From contig OX597824.1 in the NCBI GenBank assembly GCA_951406725.2, positions 46,376,001 through 46,440,000 on the forward strand: a DNA stretch of 64,000 nucleotides. Direction: 5' to 3'. The DNA is from Octopus vulgaris. Taxonomy: Eukaryota. The notes under the pieces are model-generated. The model was not told the origin of the DNA and made no database searches. It saw only the letters and a list, made by a program, of their open reading frames with translations. Every line of letters starts with the position of its first letter. The first letter of the stretch is position 1. Positions 25,147-38,339 of this stretch are shown piece by piece. The position numbers and the translations under genes are program-made.

Positions 25147-28100
25147 CTGTAAAAACTCATGTACTTTGTGCACCTGTGTAATTTATGCAGGTAATTCTCA
25201 GGATAAAAATTGTTAACAAAAAGCTTCTACTTGTGTAAAATTCACAGCAAAAAGTTTTCAGAATTGCTGATATGGCCAGGGGAAAAAGGTTTTTAATTTA
25301 GTTGTATTTAGCTTAATTTCACTTACTTATGATTGGATTTTATTAAATTTTCATTAAATAAAAATAATTTCCATTTAACAGGTATCACATTAAAAATTAT
25401 TAAATTACAAAGTGTTTGTGTTGTTTATAATAAACTTTATTTTACATTTCTTACCCACAAGAGATTATGTCCAATCTTTAGCATGCTGCTGTATGTCTTA
25501 AATCACAGTCACAGGAAAAGTTGTTGATAAGAATTATCAATAAAAACAAAGCTTATAAATCTTCCCAGGTGTTGCAAATTAAGTTTAATTACCAATAAAC
25601 ATCAGCTTGGATGACACTCTACTCAACTGACAGAGGAACATGACCGATCAAACTGATTATGTAAACTGAATTCTGATTGGTCGAAAGTGTCTTCTTGTCT
25701 TAAGCTCTGACTTTCTGCCTATTCTTGTTGGAACATTTGATACGGAGTATTGAAATTTTAATCCCTTTCACACTTATAAAATGTCAAGCAAACTTTAAAA
25801 TTTGTCATTACTGTTTTAGCTGGGGGACCAAACTAATAGTTTGATAACCCACTAAAATAAACATTAAAAATCAAAAGAAAATAAACAGCTTTGCAAGTTT
25901 AACTCAGTGTTTATTGAACAAGAGGTGCAAAATTTAAGAAGCGACTTGTTACAATATACACGTCTGTGAAGAGACATAAACGAGAATAGCAAAAATCTAC
26001 TATACCAAAAGAACTGCTAATACATACATTACAAGTGTTGTATGAAGAGAACGTAAGATTGCTGCATAATTCAACATGAATGTGAAACAACGTTAAACAT
26101 TGTATAAGGTAAATGAAGGTTTCTGAAGGAATGCTAAAAGGCATATTCACTTAGTGAGTTTACAGGCGCAAAGATGAATTATGATGTTGTTGTAGGCGTT
26201 AGATGCAGTAAGAGCTGGTAGCAGCAATATTGGTGGTGATGAATTTCATTGTCGTAACATGGAGAAAACGAGCAATAGCTTCCTGGAGGCAAATGCAAGC
26301 TAGACTTCTTAAGTGGAGAAAAACTGATATATTTAAAGAAATTGCTGGGCTCCAAGAGAACACGTGATCCATTTGAGTGTATCTGATTGGTTGACTGGGT
26401 AATTTGGCATAATTGCTTAGAGGACAAATTGCACCTAAAAATTAACTAATCAGAGCAAATGGTTAAAACATGATCTTTATAGCTAAGTGTTCTCTGCTAG
26501 GTCCAAACAATTATAAAGAGAGAGAATAGTTTGTCATTTATGCTTTTGTCAATCCATTCTGCTACACCATTATTGTCAGTATGGGCAGAACTTATTAAAC
26601 ATTTACGGCGAAGGAGAAATTAAATATTGTTGAATATACATTTGAATGTGGCAATAGAGCTGCTGGAAGGTATTTTAATGTTAATGAAGCCAATGTTGAA
26701 ATTGGGGTAAACAGTACAACAAACTTAAAACTCTGCCTAGTAATAAACCTGCCAATAGGGGTAAATCTGCAAAATTCTCCGAGTTAGAGACTGAACTTTA
26801 TCATTGGATATGTGACAAATGTGATGATGGTTTTGGTGTAAGCACCACCGAGATAAAATTGCGTGCTTGTCAGTTTTTTAAGACCAAATATAGTGCTGAT
26901 AGTGTGGATTTTAAAGCTTCGCTAAAGTGGTGCTATTGTTTTATGAACCATTATGACTTAAGTGTATGATGTAGAACAACAATTGCGCAAAGACTTTCTG
27001 AAGAAAAGCTGACCAACTTTCAGAGTTGTTTTATCAAAGTTAGAAGAAAATATAATATTGAACTGTCATGCATTGAAAATGCAGACCAAACCCTGTTAAC
27101 ATTTGATTTGCCATATGACACAACAGTAAAACATATTGATGAAAAATCGGTTAAAATAAGAACAACTGGAAATGAAAAGAATAGATTTACTGTGATGCTA
27201 GCATGTTTGGGAGATGGAACAAAATTGCCACCATATGTTATCTTCAAAAGAAAGACATTGCCCAAGTTAAACTTTCCAAAAGGCATAATCATTAGAGTCC
27301 ATGAAAAAGGCTGGATGACCAAATCCAACATGAAAGAATGGTTAAGACTTGTGTGGGGACAATGTCCCAATACCCATGAACATAGTTTATTAGTTTTGGA
27401 TGGTTTTAGATCTCATAAGTTGGACTATGTGAAAGATGTATTAAGAAGTGACAACTGTGCACTTGCTGCCATTCCCGGTGGAATGACTTTGATCTTGCAG
27501 CCGTTACATGTTGGATGCAAATAAACCCATGAAATATGTTTTGCGCTAAAAGTGGAACAACTGGATTAGTGGTGATAAACATTTTTTTACTAAAGCCCAA
27601 ATTAGATGAGATATGCCAATGGATTCTTGAGGCATAGAATGAACTTGACCCTAAGATCATTGTGAAATCATTTCTTCAGTGCAGCATTTCCAATCATCTT
27701 GATGGTACACAGGATGATGTTTTGTAGCAATCCGAACCTGCTACATGTGATGATCATGCTGATAAACAAGATGATGCAATGGATGTATATTATCACGACA
27801 AGGACACTAACGACTTTGATGCAGAGGCATTTTTTATGTTGGATGATGAGGACGAGTTCTTTGGATTTGATAAACAGGATTGACTTTAACAAGTGAATGG
27901 TAAATACCAGTGCTCTCAATCACCAATGAGATTGAAACACGAACTGTTTAATAAGAATATTATCCATTTCAATATAATAATAATTGTTATGCATTGCCTG
28001 TACATTTTCATACAGTACATAAAAGTTTTAAATTTGTTTGTTGTTTTAAGTTAAGTTATGTTCAAGAAAATCTTATTTTAGATATGATTGTGAGTGAACA

Positions 28101-28690
28101 GCTGCACATTGCTCCTAATAGTTGGTAGCTCACAGCAATGTCGTGAATGGTAGTAGTCAGGATGTAAATTGTAAATATTTACTTTCTTTACCATCCTCAA
28201 TAATTTTGCCAATCTCTCTACAAAACAAGAAAAACAGACAAAAATAAAACCATGCAATTGAGATCATCCATATCATTACATTTTCTTCAGTCAAGAATAT
28301 CCATATCACTATGTATGTCAATGGTGCTCCATTGCGAGAGGTAGAAACCCCAAGCAGTGTAAAGTATGGCCTGGACTGTGATTAACAAGCATGAATAGCA
28401 GATTTCAAAAAGTAGTTAACCATTTAATGGTTTTAGTAAATTTATACAGAAAAAGTAAGCATTATACCGTCCAGCATAAATAAAAGTCAACTTCATTATA
28501 TTTGAGCCCTTATTTTTTCTGTAAAAACTTATTCTGATATTAAATAGTCAACTTCCAGTACTACATCTTTTTCCAACAAAAAAATTTCTAAAAAAATTCT
28601 GGAAACGATCAACTCATGTAATTTAAGCACCCACTAAAGTCAAATTTTATTTTTACGAAAAAAGTGCATAAATTGCATGGGTTTTTATGG
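25147..28690 (+). mobile_element. Decayed pogo-family (POGK-like: Brinker DBD + CENP-B HTH + DDE_1) transposon with TIRs
   Basis: TA|CTGTAAAAACTCATGTACTTTGTGCAC vs GTGCATAAATTGCATGGGTTTTTATGG|TA. Motifs FTAKEKLNIVEY..GNRAAGRYFNVNEANV, NADQTLLTFD, TTGNEKNRFTVMLACLGDGTKLPPYVIFK, LLVLDGFRSH, IPGGMT..LQPL. Confidence 0.9.
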
Positions 28691-29158
28691 TAATTTTAAA
28701 GATAATTTATTAAAATATATTTGTCATTTATTGACCTTTTAATATTCACATTACACTGTCAAATATAATGCTTATTTATTCACATTGCTTTAATCATGCA
28801 TTATTTTGTAGCTTTGAGAGTTTGATGATGAGATGTTTTTAGACTGACATTGTAGGGTAAGTGTCAGAGACTGGATCTTGTGTGTTTGAATATAAAACAG
28901 GTAGAATATTTTGGCTAGATATGGCTGGTTTAAATGCTAAAGGGTTAAAGTGGCGTTTGGAACATAAATTGGTTTCAAATTTTTGTATGAGGCCAGCAAT
29001 GTTAGGGAAGGAGATGAATTGATAACACTGATTCTTGTACTTGACTGGTACTTTATTTTATCAAATCTTGTAAGGATGAAAGGGAAAGTTTACCTTGACG
29101 GCATTTGAACTCAGAATGTAAAAAGCTAGTAAATTACTGCTAAACATTTTAGCCAACA

Positions 29159-31649
29159 CTAGCAGTATAGCCTGGCATTGCCTGGGATTAAGTTAGGATT
29201 ATTAAACTAATCAAGCGCTTTGTTTCAAACCAAACTAAGTAACACCAACGTCAAATTTGAGTGAAATCCATTGAAATTGGTAAATGTTTGGTTGAAAATG
29301 GGTTGCAGACAATTTGATTTGGAAATCCCATAAGGTATCGGTTTATTGATTTTTCTACTCATCGATTGTTTTTTTTTTGTTTTTTTTTTTTTGAGAACTT
29401 AAAGCAGTCAAAGATCCCATGAGTCCTAAGTAACATCGGTATCAAGTTTGAACAAAATACATCAAAACTGGTAAAAGTTATGATTGGAAATGGGGTGTAG
29501 CCAATTTTGGTGGGAAATCCTATAAAGAATCAGTTTATCAATTTTTCATCCTGATTGAATGGAAAATCCCATAAGGAATCAGTTTATTGATTTTTCACCC
29601 CAAATAGGACTTAACTGAACACAGCATTGCTGATTCAAAAAATCTATACTTTAAAGTTGGTTTTCACACCCAACCCAGTTCTGCAAAATCAGTGTTGCGA
29701 TGGGAATGCATAGGTTGGGAGTCTGACCGGAGAAGTGATCAGGTTGCACATGCCGGCTCTTTTGAACACCCCCATCATCTAACCCTCCTTGGCCCATGGA
29801 TTGGAAGGCCTTCTAGCAAGGAAAATAGAACACCTGAAAGGGCTCCCAATTCTCTGTGTCAGAAGAGGTTCTGTTCAGATCACAACTAAGCCTTAACGTA
29901 AGCCTAAGCTAACCTAGCGAAGGGGGCTCGGGAGCCTCTAAAAGGCAGCAACTAATCCCGATGTAGTCCTAACACCTAGGGGTACTATTGGTCAAGACTG
30001 CATTGGTGAAGTTTGATTTGAAGGTTTGCATTGGCTATCCGGATTGGAGTAACTTAGGAAAACTTACCAACAGCCTTAACAAAAAAATAAGGAGCCTGGC
30101 CCTTCTAGCCTAACTCTATGAACAACTTGGCCAAGCACTGATATCGACCGAGTGAGCATTGTTGTTGAAGTCAGCATTGTCCAATAAAGAAGAGGAAGAG
30201 TCTATGAATCACGTTGCCATAGTTTGAGAATATGTCCAGCCAACGATTCAAGATCACCTGTTTATAACCACATTGGCTGCAATGATGACTTGTTCTTCTG
30301 TCTACATCTATAAAACTTCACTATAGACAACATTGCGTGTTCTGCCCTGAGGAGCATACACAAAAAGAGCATTTCTACTCCCCACACGGGAGCAGGCCAC
30401 ATAAAGTTGCCCATGTGAAAAGTACTGCTCCCCCAAATGGATACCTGCCACTGATAGTGTTTGGCCTTGGGATTTATTGATGGGCATGGTAATCTGCGGA
30501 AGTTAAACGGCATGTCTGACCCCGAGGGATAAAGGTGCATCCTTGAAATGAAAACATTTTCCCCACTCCTGCATACGTAACAATGGTGGCCTCAATAAAT
30601 TGGGGCGTCAGGGACTTGACTACCAAGCGAGTCCCGTTGCGTTATATAAGCGGATAAAGTGTGTACTCTTTATCCCATTTGAGTTTTATTGAATGTTTGT
30701 GTAAACTTTTCTTAATAGGATATATTGTAAGTCTACACACACATACACACACTTGGTATTATTGTTGTCATGATGCATGTACTCTTTATCCCATTTGAGC
30801 TGTTATTTTGAGTGACAGATGATAAGTTTCAGCAAACTTGAATAGCAAGTTCGGAACTCGTTTCTAATGTTCAAATGTCATATCAAAAAAATGCTTTCAA
30901 TCACATCAGAAGGAAAATGGCTACAGCACGAAGTCATCGATTTGCTTCGACCACTGAGAAAACAGAAGTATGTACAGAGAATTTCATTAACAGAAATGAA
31001 TGGAAAGAATGTTGTGGCTGAACAAAGTTTGTCGTGAGGTTTCTAGTGAACAGAAATAAAGAAATAACAGTCAAGTAAAGAATTTAAATATTAAAGTAAA
31101 CAAAAACTAAGAACAAAATGTGCTAGTTGCTAATTACATCGTCATTAGGTTTTGTTTTCTAATTGAAAAAACCAACATTAGTTATCTAACATTCAAAATT
31201 TCATTTAAAATGAAATATATAGAAAAATTAAATATATACATATACTATATGCATTTCTTTCAGAGCTGTTCATCATTGTTTTTCTGTATAATTAAAACTA
31301 TATATATTTCTTTCAGACCACACGAACTCACAAAAAAAAAAAAAATCTTGCAAACCAAATCTAAAAACGAAATAGTTTATCTTTGTTTTTCTGTATAATA
31401 GTCGCCATTGTAGGGGACTTAACTCATGTTAGCAAACAACGGATTTGACTGACGTGAAAATTGGTAAAAGTTATGGATGAAAATCTATTTTTACCGCTAT
31501 CCGAGGATGTCTCGGAAAAAATATATTGACAAAACCCAGCTAGGTTCGTGACAATGTCCTCCTAAAATTGGAGCAACATGTGTGCTAATTTGTGGAAGTG
31601 CATAAATTACATTCACACACACACATCCTGCCTTTTATTGATATACAGA
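29159..31649 (-). mobile_element. Internally deleted Helitron retaining a Pif1-type helicase C-terminal remnant
   Basis: Minus strand A|TC...hairpin CCCAGGCAATGCCAGG..CTAG|T. About 30380-30610 reads FIEATI..ENVFISRM..SDMPFNFRRL / INKSQGQTLSVAGIHLGEQYFSHGQLYVACSRVG. Confidence 0.85.
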
Positions 31650-32117
31650 TGCTTATCATTTGAAATATAAATTAACAAAAATTTCATGGTAGGTTTTAAT
31701 GTAAATCCCTTGAAAACAAGAAGTTTATATTCTTAAAATCAGGGGTTCCTTGGCCAAGTTGATATCAAAAGGGCTAAAGGAAAAGAGAAGTTTTTTGTTT
31801 TTGATTTTTGTTTTGTCATCCATTGATATGTGACATTTGAACATTAGAAACGAGTTCCGAACTTGCTATTCAAGTTTGCTGAAACTTATCATCTGTTTTG
31901 TCATCCATTGATATGTGACATTTGAACATTAGAAACGAGTTCCGAACTTGCTATTCAAGTTTGCTGAAACTTATCATCTGTCACTCAAAATAACAGCTCA
32001 AATGGGATAAAGAGTACATGCATCATGACAACAATAATACCAAGTGTGTGTATGTGTGTGTAGACTTACAATATATCCTATTAAGAAAAGTTTACACAAA
32101 CATTCAATAAAACTCAA
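30679..32117. repeat. Perfect 202-bp inverted duplication (30679-30880 / 31916-32117) plus 85-bp tandem duplication (31811-31895 / 31896-31980)
   Basis: Base-by-base comparison showed no mismatch. Confidence 0.93.
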
Positions 32118-32701
32118 TAAAACATCTTCTTGCAGATTTTTATTATCACAGATATGGTAATCCTCTATATCATGTGGATTATGCTACTATGTTATTTTAC
32201 CAAGACTTCAACTTGAGTTATACTTTGATCCATATCTATTTGAACTTTGATCCATATCTAGTCTCTCAAAATGAAAGTATGTTTTAGGTGAAGTAAAAGG
32301 TTCTCTCTCAGTTTCAGTAATGATTATTCAGTTGTTTTGTCAAATGAATTTACCTGTTCCTTGAATTAGAATCCAAGTAGTTGAGTATTCCACAGACACA
32401 TAGCCTTGGAATCTGCGTGACAAGGCTGGAGCTTTAAATTAAAGGTAAATCCGTTCAGCAGGCTTTCACACAGTTTCCATCTATCTGCTTTTATTCACAA
32501 GACTTGAGTCAACCTTGTTCAAGATGTCATGCAGTGAGATTGAACCCAAGACCTCATGACAAAGCAAATTTTTTAAGCATTTGGTCATGCTACATATTTT
32601 GGGTACTGTTTTTGTAAGCACCTCATCGATGGACCATTGATGTCATCTTTCTCTTGTATATATATATATATATTTTACTGCTTCAGCATCTGTGGATATG
32701 T

Positions 32702-33060
32702 ACAAGATGCATTCCAGAAATTTTGAGACTTTTTTTCAGGAGAGACATTTATAGTTTCAAACAAGTACAAAACCTGAATATCCTTCAAAATAGGATCCTC
32801 TGACTTCAATGCACTTGTTGTGTTGACCCACCCATTTAGCAAAAGCCTCGTGGAAGTCCACTTAAGTGATAGTGTCCAAAACCCTTGTCACAGCATCCAT
32901 CTTCTCAATGTCTTCAAAATGACAGCCCCTGAAGTTCTTCTTTGGCTTGGGAAACAACCAAAAGTCACATGGAGTGAAGTCTGGACTGTAGAGAGAATGA
33001 GAAATGGTCTTGATGCCCATCTCTGTGAAGCAGATGCTTACCAGAATGGAATTGTGATAA
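32702..33060 (-). mobile_element. 3' fragment of a mariner element
   Basis: Minus strand HSLYSPDFTPCDFWLFPKPKKNFRG..NKCIEVRGSYFEG, followed by a TIR-like end. Confidence 0.85.
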
Positions 33061-33218
33061 GCAGTGTTTAGTAGGCTATGATAAGCAATGTTTAGTAGGA
33101 TGTGTTCAAAGTGCTGTTACAGCCATCTCCTTCAAGTTGGAATTAAAAAAAGTTAGCAGGTCAGCTTATTAGACGTATAGTAATGATATACTAAAATTAC
33201 AATAATCTAAGATGACTA

Positions 33219-33375
33219 TGTGGAGGCGCAATGGCCCAGTGGTTAGGGTAGCGGACTCGCAGTTGGAGGATTGCTGTTTCGATTCCCAGACCGGGTGTTG
33301 TGTGTAAAATTGAGCGAAAAGACCTAAAAGCTCCACGAGGCTGCGGCAGGGGGTGGTGGTGACCCCCGTTGTACT
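33219..33375 (+). mobile_element. Truncated tRNA-derived SINE (same family as 5802)
   Basis: GTGGAGGCGCAATGGCCCAGTGGTTAG..GTTTCGATTCCCAGACC..AAGCTCCACG. Confidence 0.8.
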
Positions 33376-33536
33376 GTAAGATGACTCTAACTGCATTTCC
33401 TAGAAACAGTCTTGAAACTTTGGGAATGCCTCTTGTATATATAACTCTGTGTGTGTGTTATGTATATGTCATTATGCTAATACGTTTTTCATTTTCTTCT
33501 TCCTTATTAACATCTTTCTTTCTTTCTTCCTTTCAG

Positions 33537-33664
33537 AACAATTTATCATTTATAAACTCGGATTAATACCAAGTCAGTATTATGAGATCTTGGGAAACAA
33601 AGATGCTGTGAGCTTTAAAAGCATTACAATCCGAGCTCTCCTTATTATTGTCACGGAAGCTTTT
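33537..33664 (+). CDS. ABCD4: ABCD4 coding exon 3
   Basis: Polypyrimidine tract, TTTCAG|...|GTACGT, 128 nt. [23 protein letters not shown] vs human [23 protein letters not shown]. Confidence 0.97.
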
Positions 33665-34829
33665 GTACGTATTCTTGATTTTTATATCTATTATTGTTGT
33701 TGTTTGAATGTACAGAACTTGAGTTTTTCTGACTTATGTCATGCCAGTTGGTATGCATGGAAGGTGATTAACTGAAATACTTGGGTGCTTATGTAAGCAC
33801 TTCCCAAGTCTATTACAGCTTTTGCCTGGTCCTGAAAGACCTGTGGCTTATTTTTTATTTTTTTTTTTTTTTTTCTGATAGGAGGCATAATTTTAATTCA
33901 GACTGTACAGAGCTGAAACAGATGATACAAAGCATCTTACCTGATGCTCTAAAATTCTGCTAATTTAATGCCTTAGACTGGTACTATTATTTATTGACAC
34001 TCCAAAAAAAGATGAGAGGTTAAGTTGACTTAAGTGGGATTTGAACTCAGAGTACATCATCATCATTATTTAATGTCCACTTCCCATGCTGACATGGGTT
34101 AGACAGTTTGACTGGAATTGGTTAGCTGGAGGGATGCACTGGGTTCCAGTCTGATTTGGTATGGTTTCTATGGCTGGATGTCCTTCCTAACACCAACCAT
34201 TCCAAGAGTGTAATGAGTGTTTTTTATGTGCTATTTACATGTCTCTGGCTCCAGCCACAACTACAATTTCATTTGGCTTGAATAATGGCTGTTGCCAGTA
34301 TCATGTAAATGGTACCCTTGAAATTGTAGTTGTGGCTGTTACTATTGTCATGTAAATGGCACCTGTGCTGAATCTGAAAGGTAGCTTATCCAATACCGTA
34401 ACAACATGATTAAGTCTAAACCATGTGTATGTATATTAGGTTATTTTGGTATATGGGTAGAATGTTTGCCATGTTTACAGAAGATGTAGGCTCATGTCTT
34501 ACAAGCAGCCTTTGAGTTTTTAAGTACAAATATGACTGTGTAGTTGAGAAGTTTGCTTCTTAACCACATGGTTTTGGGTTCAGTCCCACTGAGCAGCACC
34601 TTAGGCCAGTGTCTTCTACTTTAGCCTCAGGCTGACCAAAGTTATTGGTGAGAAATATAGAAAATACAACAAAATGTATAGTGGTTTTGGTAGACAGAAA
34701 CTGAAAAGAACCTGTTGTGTGTGTGATTTCCAATATTCTGCATAAACATGTCTGGTCATGGGGAAATATTATCTTGCTTGGAAACAGGTGGGGGCTGGTG
34801 ACAGGAATGGTATCTGACATTAAAACTAG

Positions 34830-34881
<52 letters not shown>

Positions 34882-34949
34882 GTTCAGATGGCAGAATTGG
34901 CAAAGTATCAGCAAAAATATCTCATTATATTCCAAGGCAGAATGAATAA

Positions 34950-35930
34950 GTAAGTCTGTTGGGATGCAGGAGAAGGGAACCTGGCTAAGTGGAGAGCAAG
35001 TGGTAATATGCAGAGTCTCATGTCTTGGACTTTGGAAAGTGGAGCACCATCAGATAAATTTTGGTTCAAGCAGTTTTAGACCTTTTACTGTGTCTATTCA
35101 ACATTTTCTGCTGGGGAAAGGTAGAGTCACCAGTTTGATATCAGTACATGAGGAGAGGGATCTTTAGCAGCCATCCAAGGTGCACTAGTGCTGGTGCCAT
35201 GACCAGGTCCTGAAGGATATAACAGATACCACTTGCAGTGAGATTAGCCATTGTATGTGCCTCTACAGTGAGATTAGCCGTTGTAGGTGCCTCTACCTAA
35301 CAAACAAGATTATCTCTTTGTCAAAGCTTGCATGAAGCTTCTATCACCTGCTATGACCATCTCTCCTGGCTTGCTAGCAACTACACAAAAGTGGGAGCTG
35401 AAATTTGACCTAGGAGAGCATGTGACTTTTCAAGAGAATGTTGCTTCAGCATCACTAAGGCTAGACATGGTGTTGATCTTGGAAGCATCCAAGTATGTGG
35501 TTTTATTAGAACCCTCCATTTGAGGAGGCAAATGTGAAGAAGGAACCTAAATATGCTGAGCTGGTGGAGTTACATTGAAACATTAGGTGGCAAGCAAGGT
35601 GTGATACCATTGAGGTGGGATGTAATGAGTTTGTGTGCCCTGCCTCTGCAAAGCCTACAACATGCTGAACATCACAGGAGCCAGGAGGCAGAAGATATCA
35701 GGTTGGCTATAGAGGCTGCAGAGGTTGTTACAAAGCAGCTGTGAAGCAGCAGTTGGGTGCCATGGATAGAGTAGTACCTGGGGTAGTGCTAACAGGAATA
35801 ATGCTACCAGGGGTAATACTAACTGGACATAACTTAGGGTTTGATCAATATGCTTGATTGCTGAAAGATCCAAAGTGTCTAATGACCCTGGGTAACATTA
35901 AAATGTCTCCTGGTACATCACAAGATGCGA
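34950..35930 (+). mobile_element. 3' remnant of a Hero/R2-group non-LTR retrotransposon (REL endonuclease)
   Basis: SLRLDMVL..KYVVLLEPSI..KEPKYAELVE..GWQARCDTIEVGC (PD..E..K type REL). Heavily frameshifted. Confidence 0.7.
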
Positions 35931-36241
35931 TGTATTGATAAACTTACATTCTTTTACTTTAAGAATTCAAGTCCAACCCAGGTTCATTCTACCTTTCATC
36001 CATTTAATGTCAATAGTTCATGTACCAGTCGATAAATACAAAATCGACGATAACAACAGCACTTTTGAAGTGGGTACTGTAGCGTGGTCACAATCAAATA
36101 CCTGAAACCAGTAAAAGAATTAAAGAATATGCATTCTTTTATTCTTTTACCAGTTTCAGTCATTGTGGTAATGCTAGATCACTGCATTCATAGTGATTCT
36201 ATGGACCCCAGAATTTCTTTCAGCTTGATATTTTATTCACT

Positions 36242-36557
36242 TTATTTACATTTGATGGATATTTGTCCTCATCTTGTTTGTTGTTAACACAACGTTTCGG
36301 CTGATATACCCTCCAGCTTTTATCAGGTATCTTGGGGAAATTTTGAACCTGGGTTCTCATTCCTAAGGTATTTTTCGATGTTGTTGTTGTTGTTGTAATA
36401 ATAATAATAATAATTACATCAAAAAATACCTTAGGAATGAGAACCCAGGTTCGAAATTTCCCCAAGACACCTGGTGAAGTCTCCATGTTACATATCAGCC
36501 AAAACGTTGTGTTAACAACAAACAAGATGAGGACAAATATCCATCAAATGTAAATAA
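36242..36557. mobile_element. Penelope-like inverted pseudo-LTR pair with two decayed hammerhead motifs
   Basis: About 140-bp inverted arms (36242-36381 / 36416-36557) around (GTT)n(AAT)n. Each arm carries GA.AC-CTG.T.A-stem II-.AAACGTT-GTGTT. Confidence 0.8.
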
Positions 36558-37207
36558 TGTACATAATTCCTCATCTCTTAAATATAGAATTGATATTTTA
36601 TTGGTCTTTATTAGTTAAACTATTAAGTTAAGGAACATAAAAAGATGCAGCATAAACAAAAGCCATTTTTTTTAAAACCAGAGCAAACAGCTCCATTTCT
36701 TATGACAGGCTCTTGCACAGTTTTCACTTACTAAATCCCGCTTATAAGATTCAATGCTGTCATAGAACATTTTCTCAATGTGCCTACCACACTGTAGGTT
36801 CAAGCATGATTACAAAATCAACTTAACCACACTGCTTTTATACTTGTTCTATTTAATATTTTTCTATCCTTTACTTTAACCCTTTTGATATAAACACACC
36901 TGAAACGAATTTCTTGTCTTAAAGTGATCTAAATTAAAACCTTTCATCAAAATTTCTTGTTATTTTATGTTCCAAACGCCAGCTTAATAATAACAGTTAT
37001 TTTACTAAATTCTTTATTATTTTCAAAATTCATTGGAACAAAGTGGATATATTTCAATAGAAATATAGTGACAAAGGGCTTAAAATAAACGGGATGAATG
37101 TTACTGGTGAATTATTCTTGCTTTTAGAATGTTGCATTTGAGCTGTGTTGTAGCTTATGTCTCTTTAAATTCACCCAAGTAATGACCATTTTCGTTTTTC
37201 ATTTCAG

Positions 37208-37347
37208 ATAAGTAGCACACTTCGTTACACTGTCTCCATGTTACATATACAATGGCGTGAACATTTGACATTGACTCTCCATAAAGAATATTTCAAAGAT
37301 GTGCTTTACTACTATGTCAATATGTTCTGTAGAGACATTGACAATCC
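37208..37347 (+). CDS. ABCD4: ABCD4 coding exon 4
   Basis: TTTCAG|...|GTAAGT, 140 nt. ISSTLRYTVSMLHIQWREHLTLTLHKEYFKDVLYYYVNMFCRDIDNP, with the ABCD WR..LT and IDNP motifs. Confidence 0.97.
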
Positions 37348-38339
37348 GTAAGTCCTTTGCTTTATGTAGTTTTGAGTTATGGATTTTGTTTCGTATCTTT
37401 TAGTCAAAAGGGAAGGCAATACTTATGATCAATAACAAGGCTTCTAAGAGGGAGGGAAGAAGATATCCTCAATCTGGTAACTAGCTTGTGTACATGCAAC
37501 AGAATGGACCCCACTACAGATATCCTAAGTACCTAGTGGTGGTGTTAAACCAGTTGACAGGTTAAGTCAACATCTGAGTAACCCCTGGTTGAATTTGAAT
37601 GCAGAACACAAAATGCTGGAACAAATGCAGCAAGGCTTCTGGTCTAATGTTCTTACTATTCTGCCAACCCATTGCTTTGGTTTGGTACTTTTTTATTGAC
37701 CCCTAAAGGATGGAGAATGAAGTTGATTGCCCTTAAAGGGATTGAATTCAGATTGCTGAGAGTTGGAACATTCTCTGAAACATTCTGTTTGATATTTGAA
37801 AAATAGCTTTTTCTGGTTGATAATTGTAATGGAGTTATTGATGATGGTGATGATGAATATTATCATTATTATTATTATGTGAAAGAGCAATGCATGCCAT
37901 CAAAGTGACACTGGGGTACATATATACAAAGCCCAATATACCCATCATGACTACCCGTCTGTTAAGGGTACACCAGGCACATGCATCACAACTATGTGTG
38001 TGCGACATGGTAAGCTAATATCAAGATAAACAGTGCATGACCTTGCAGGTGGGGCCCAGTTAGAATTTTCTTCAGGCTGAGAAGCCCATCCTGCTCAAAA
38101 AGTCCCTGAATAAGGGTTGTTTAAAGATGTTGAATGAAACACCCATATTTCAAGAGGGGAATTATCCAAACTCCAAAGAATTCCTCTCAACACATGGCTA
38201 TGATACTCCCCAACTGCTTCTGCTTGTAATCAGAGATGCACATATCATCAGCCACCAAGGGACATGCTCAACTGGTTATGGTCAAGCAACTGACAAGCAA
38301 ATCTGTGGTATTGAGAAGATATTATCATTGTTGGTAAAA

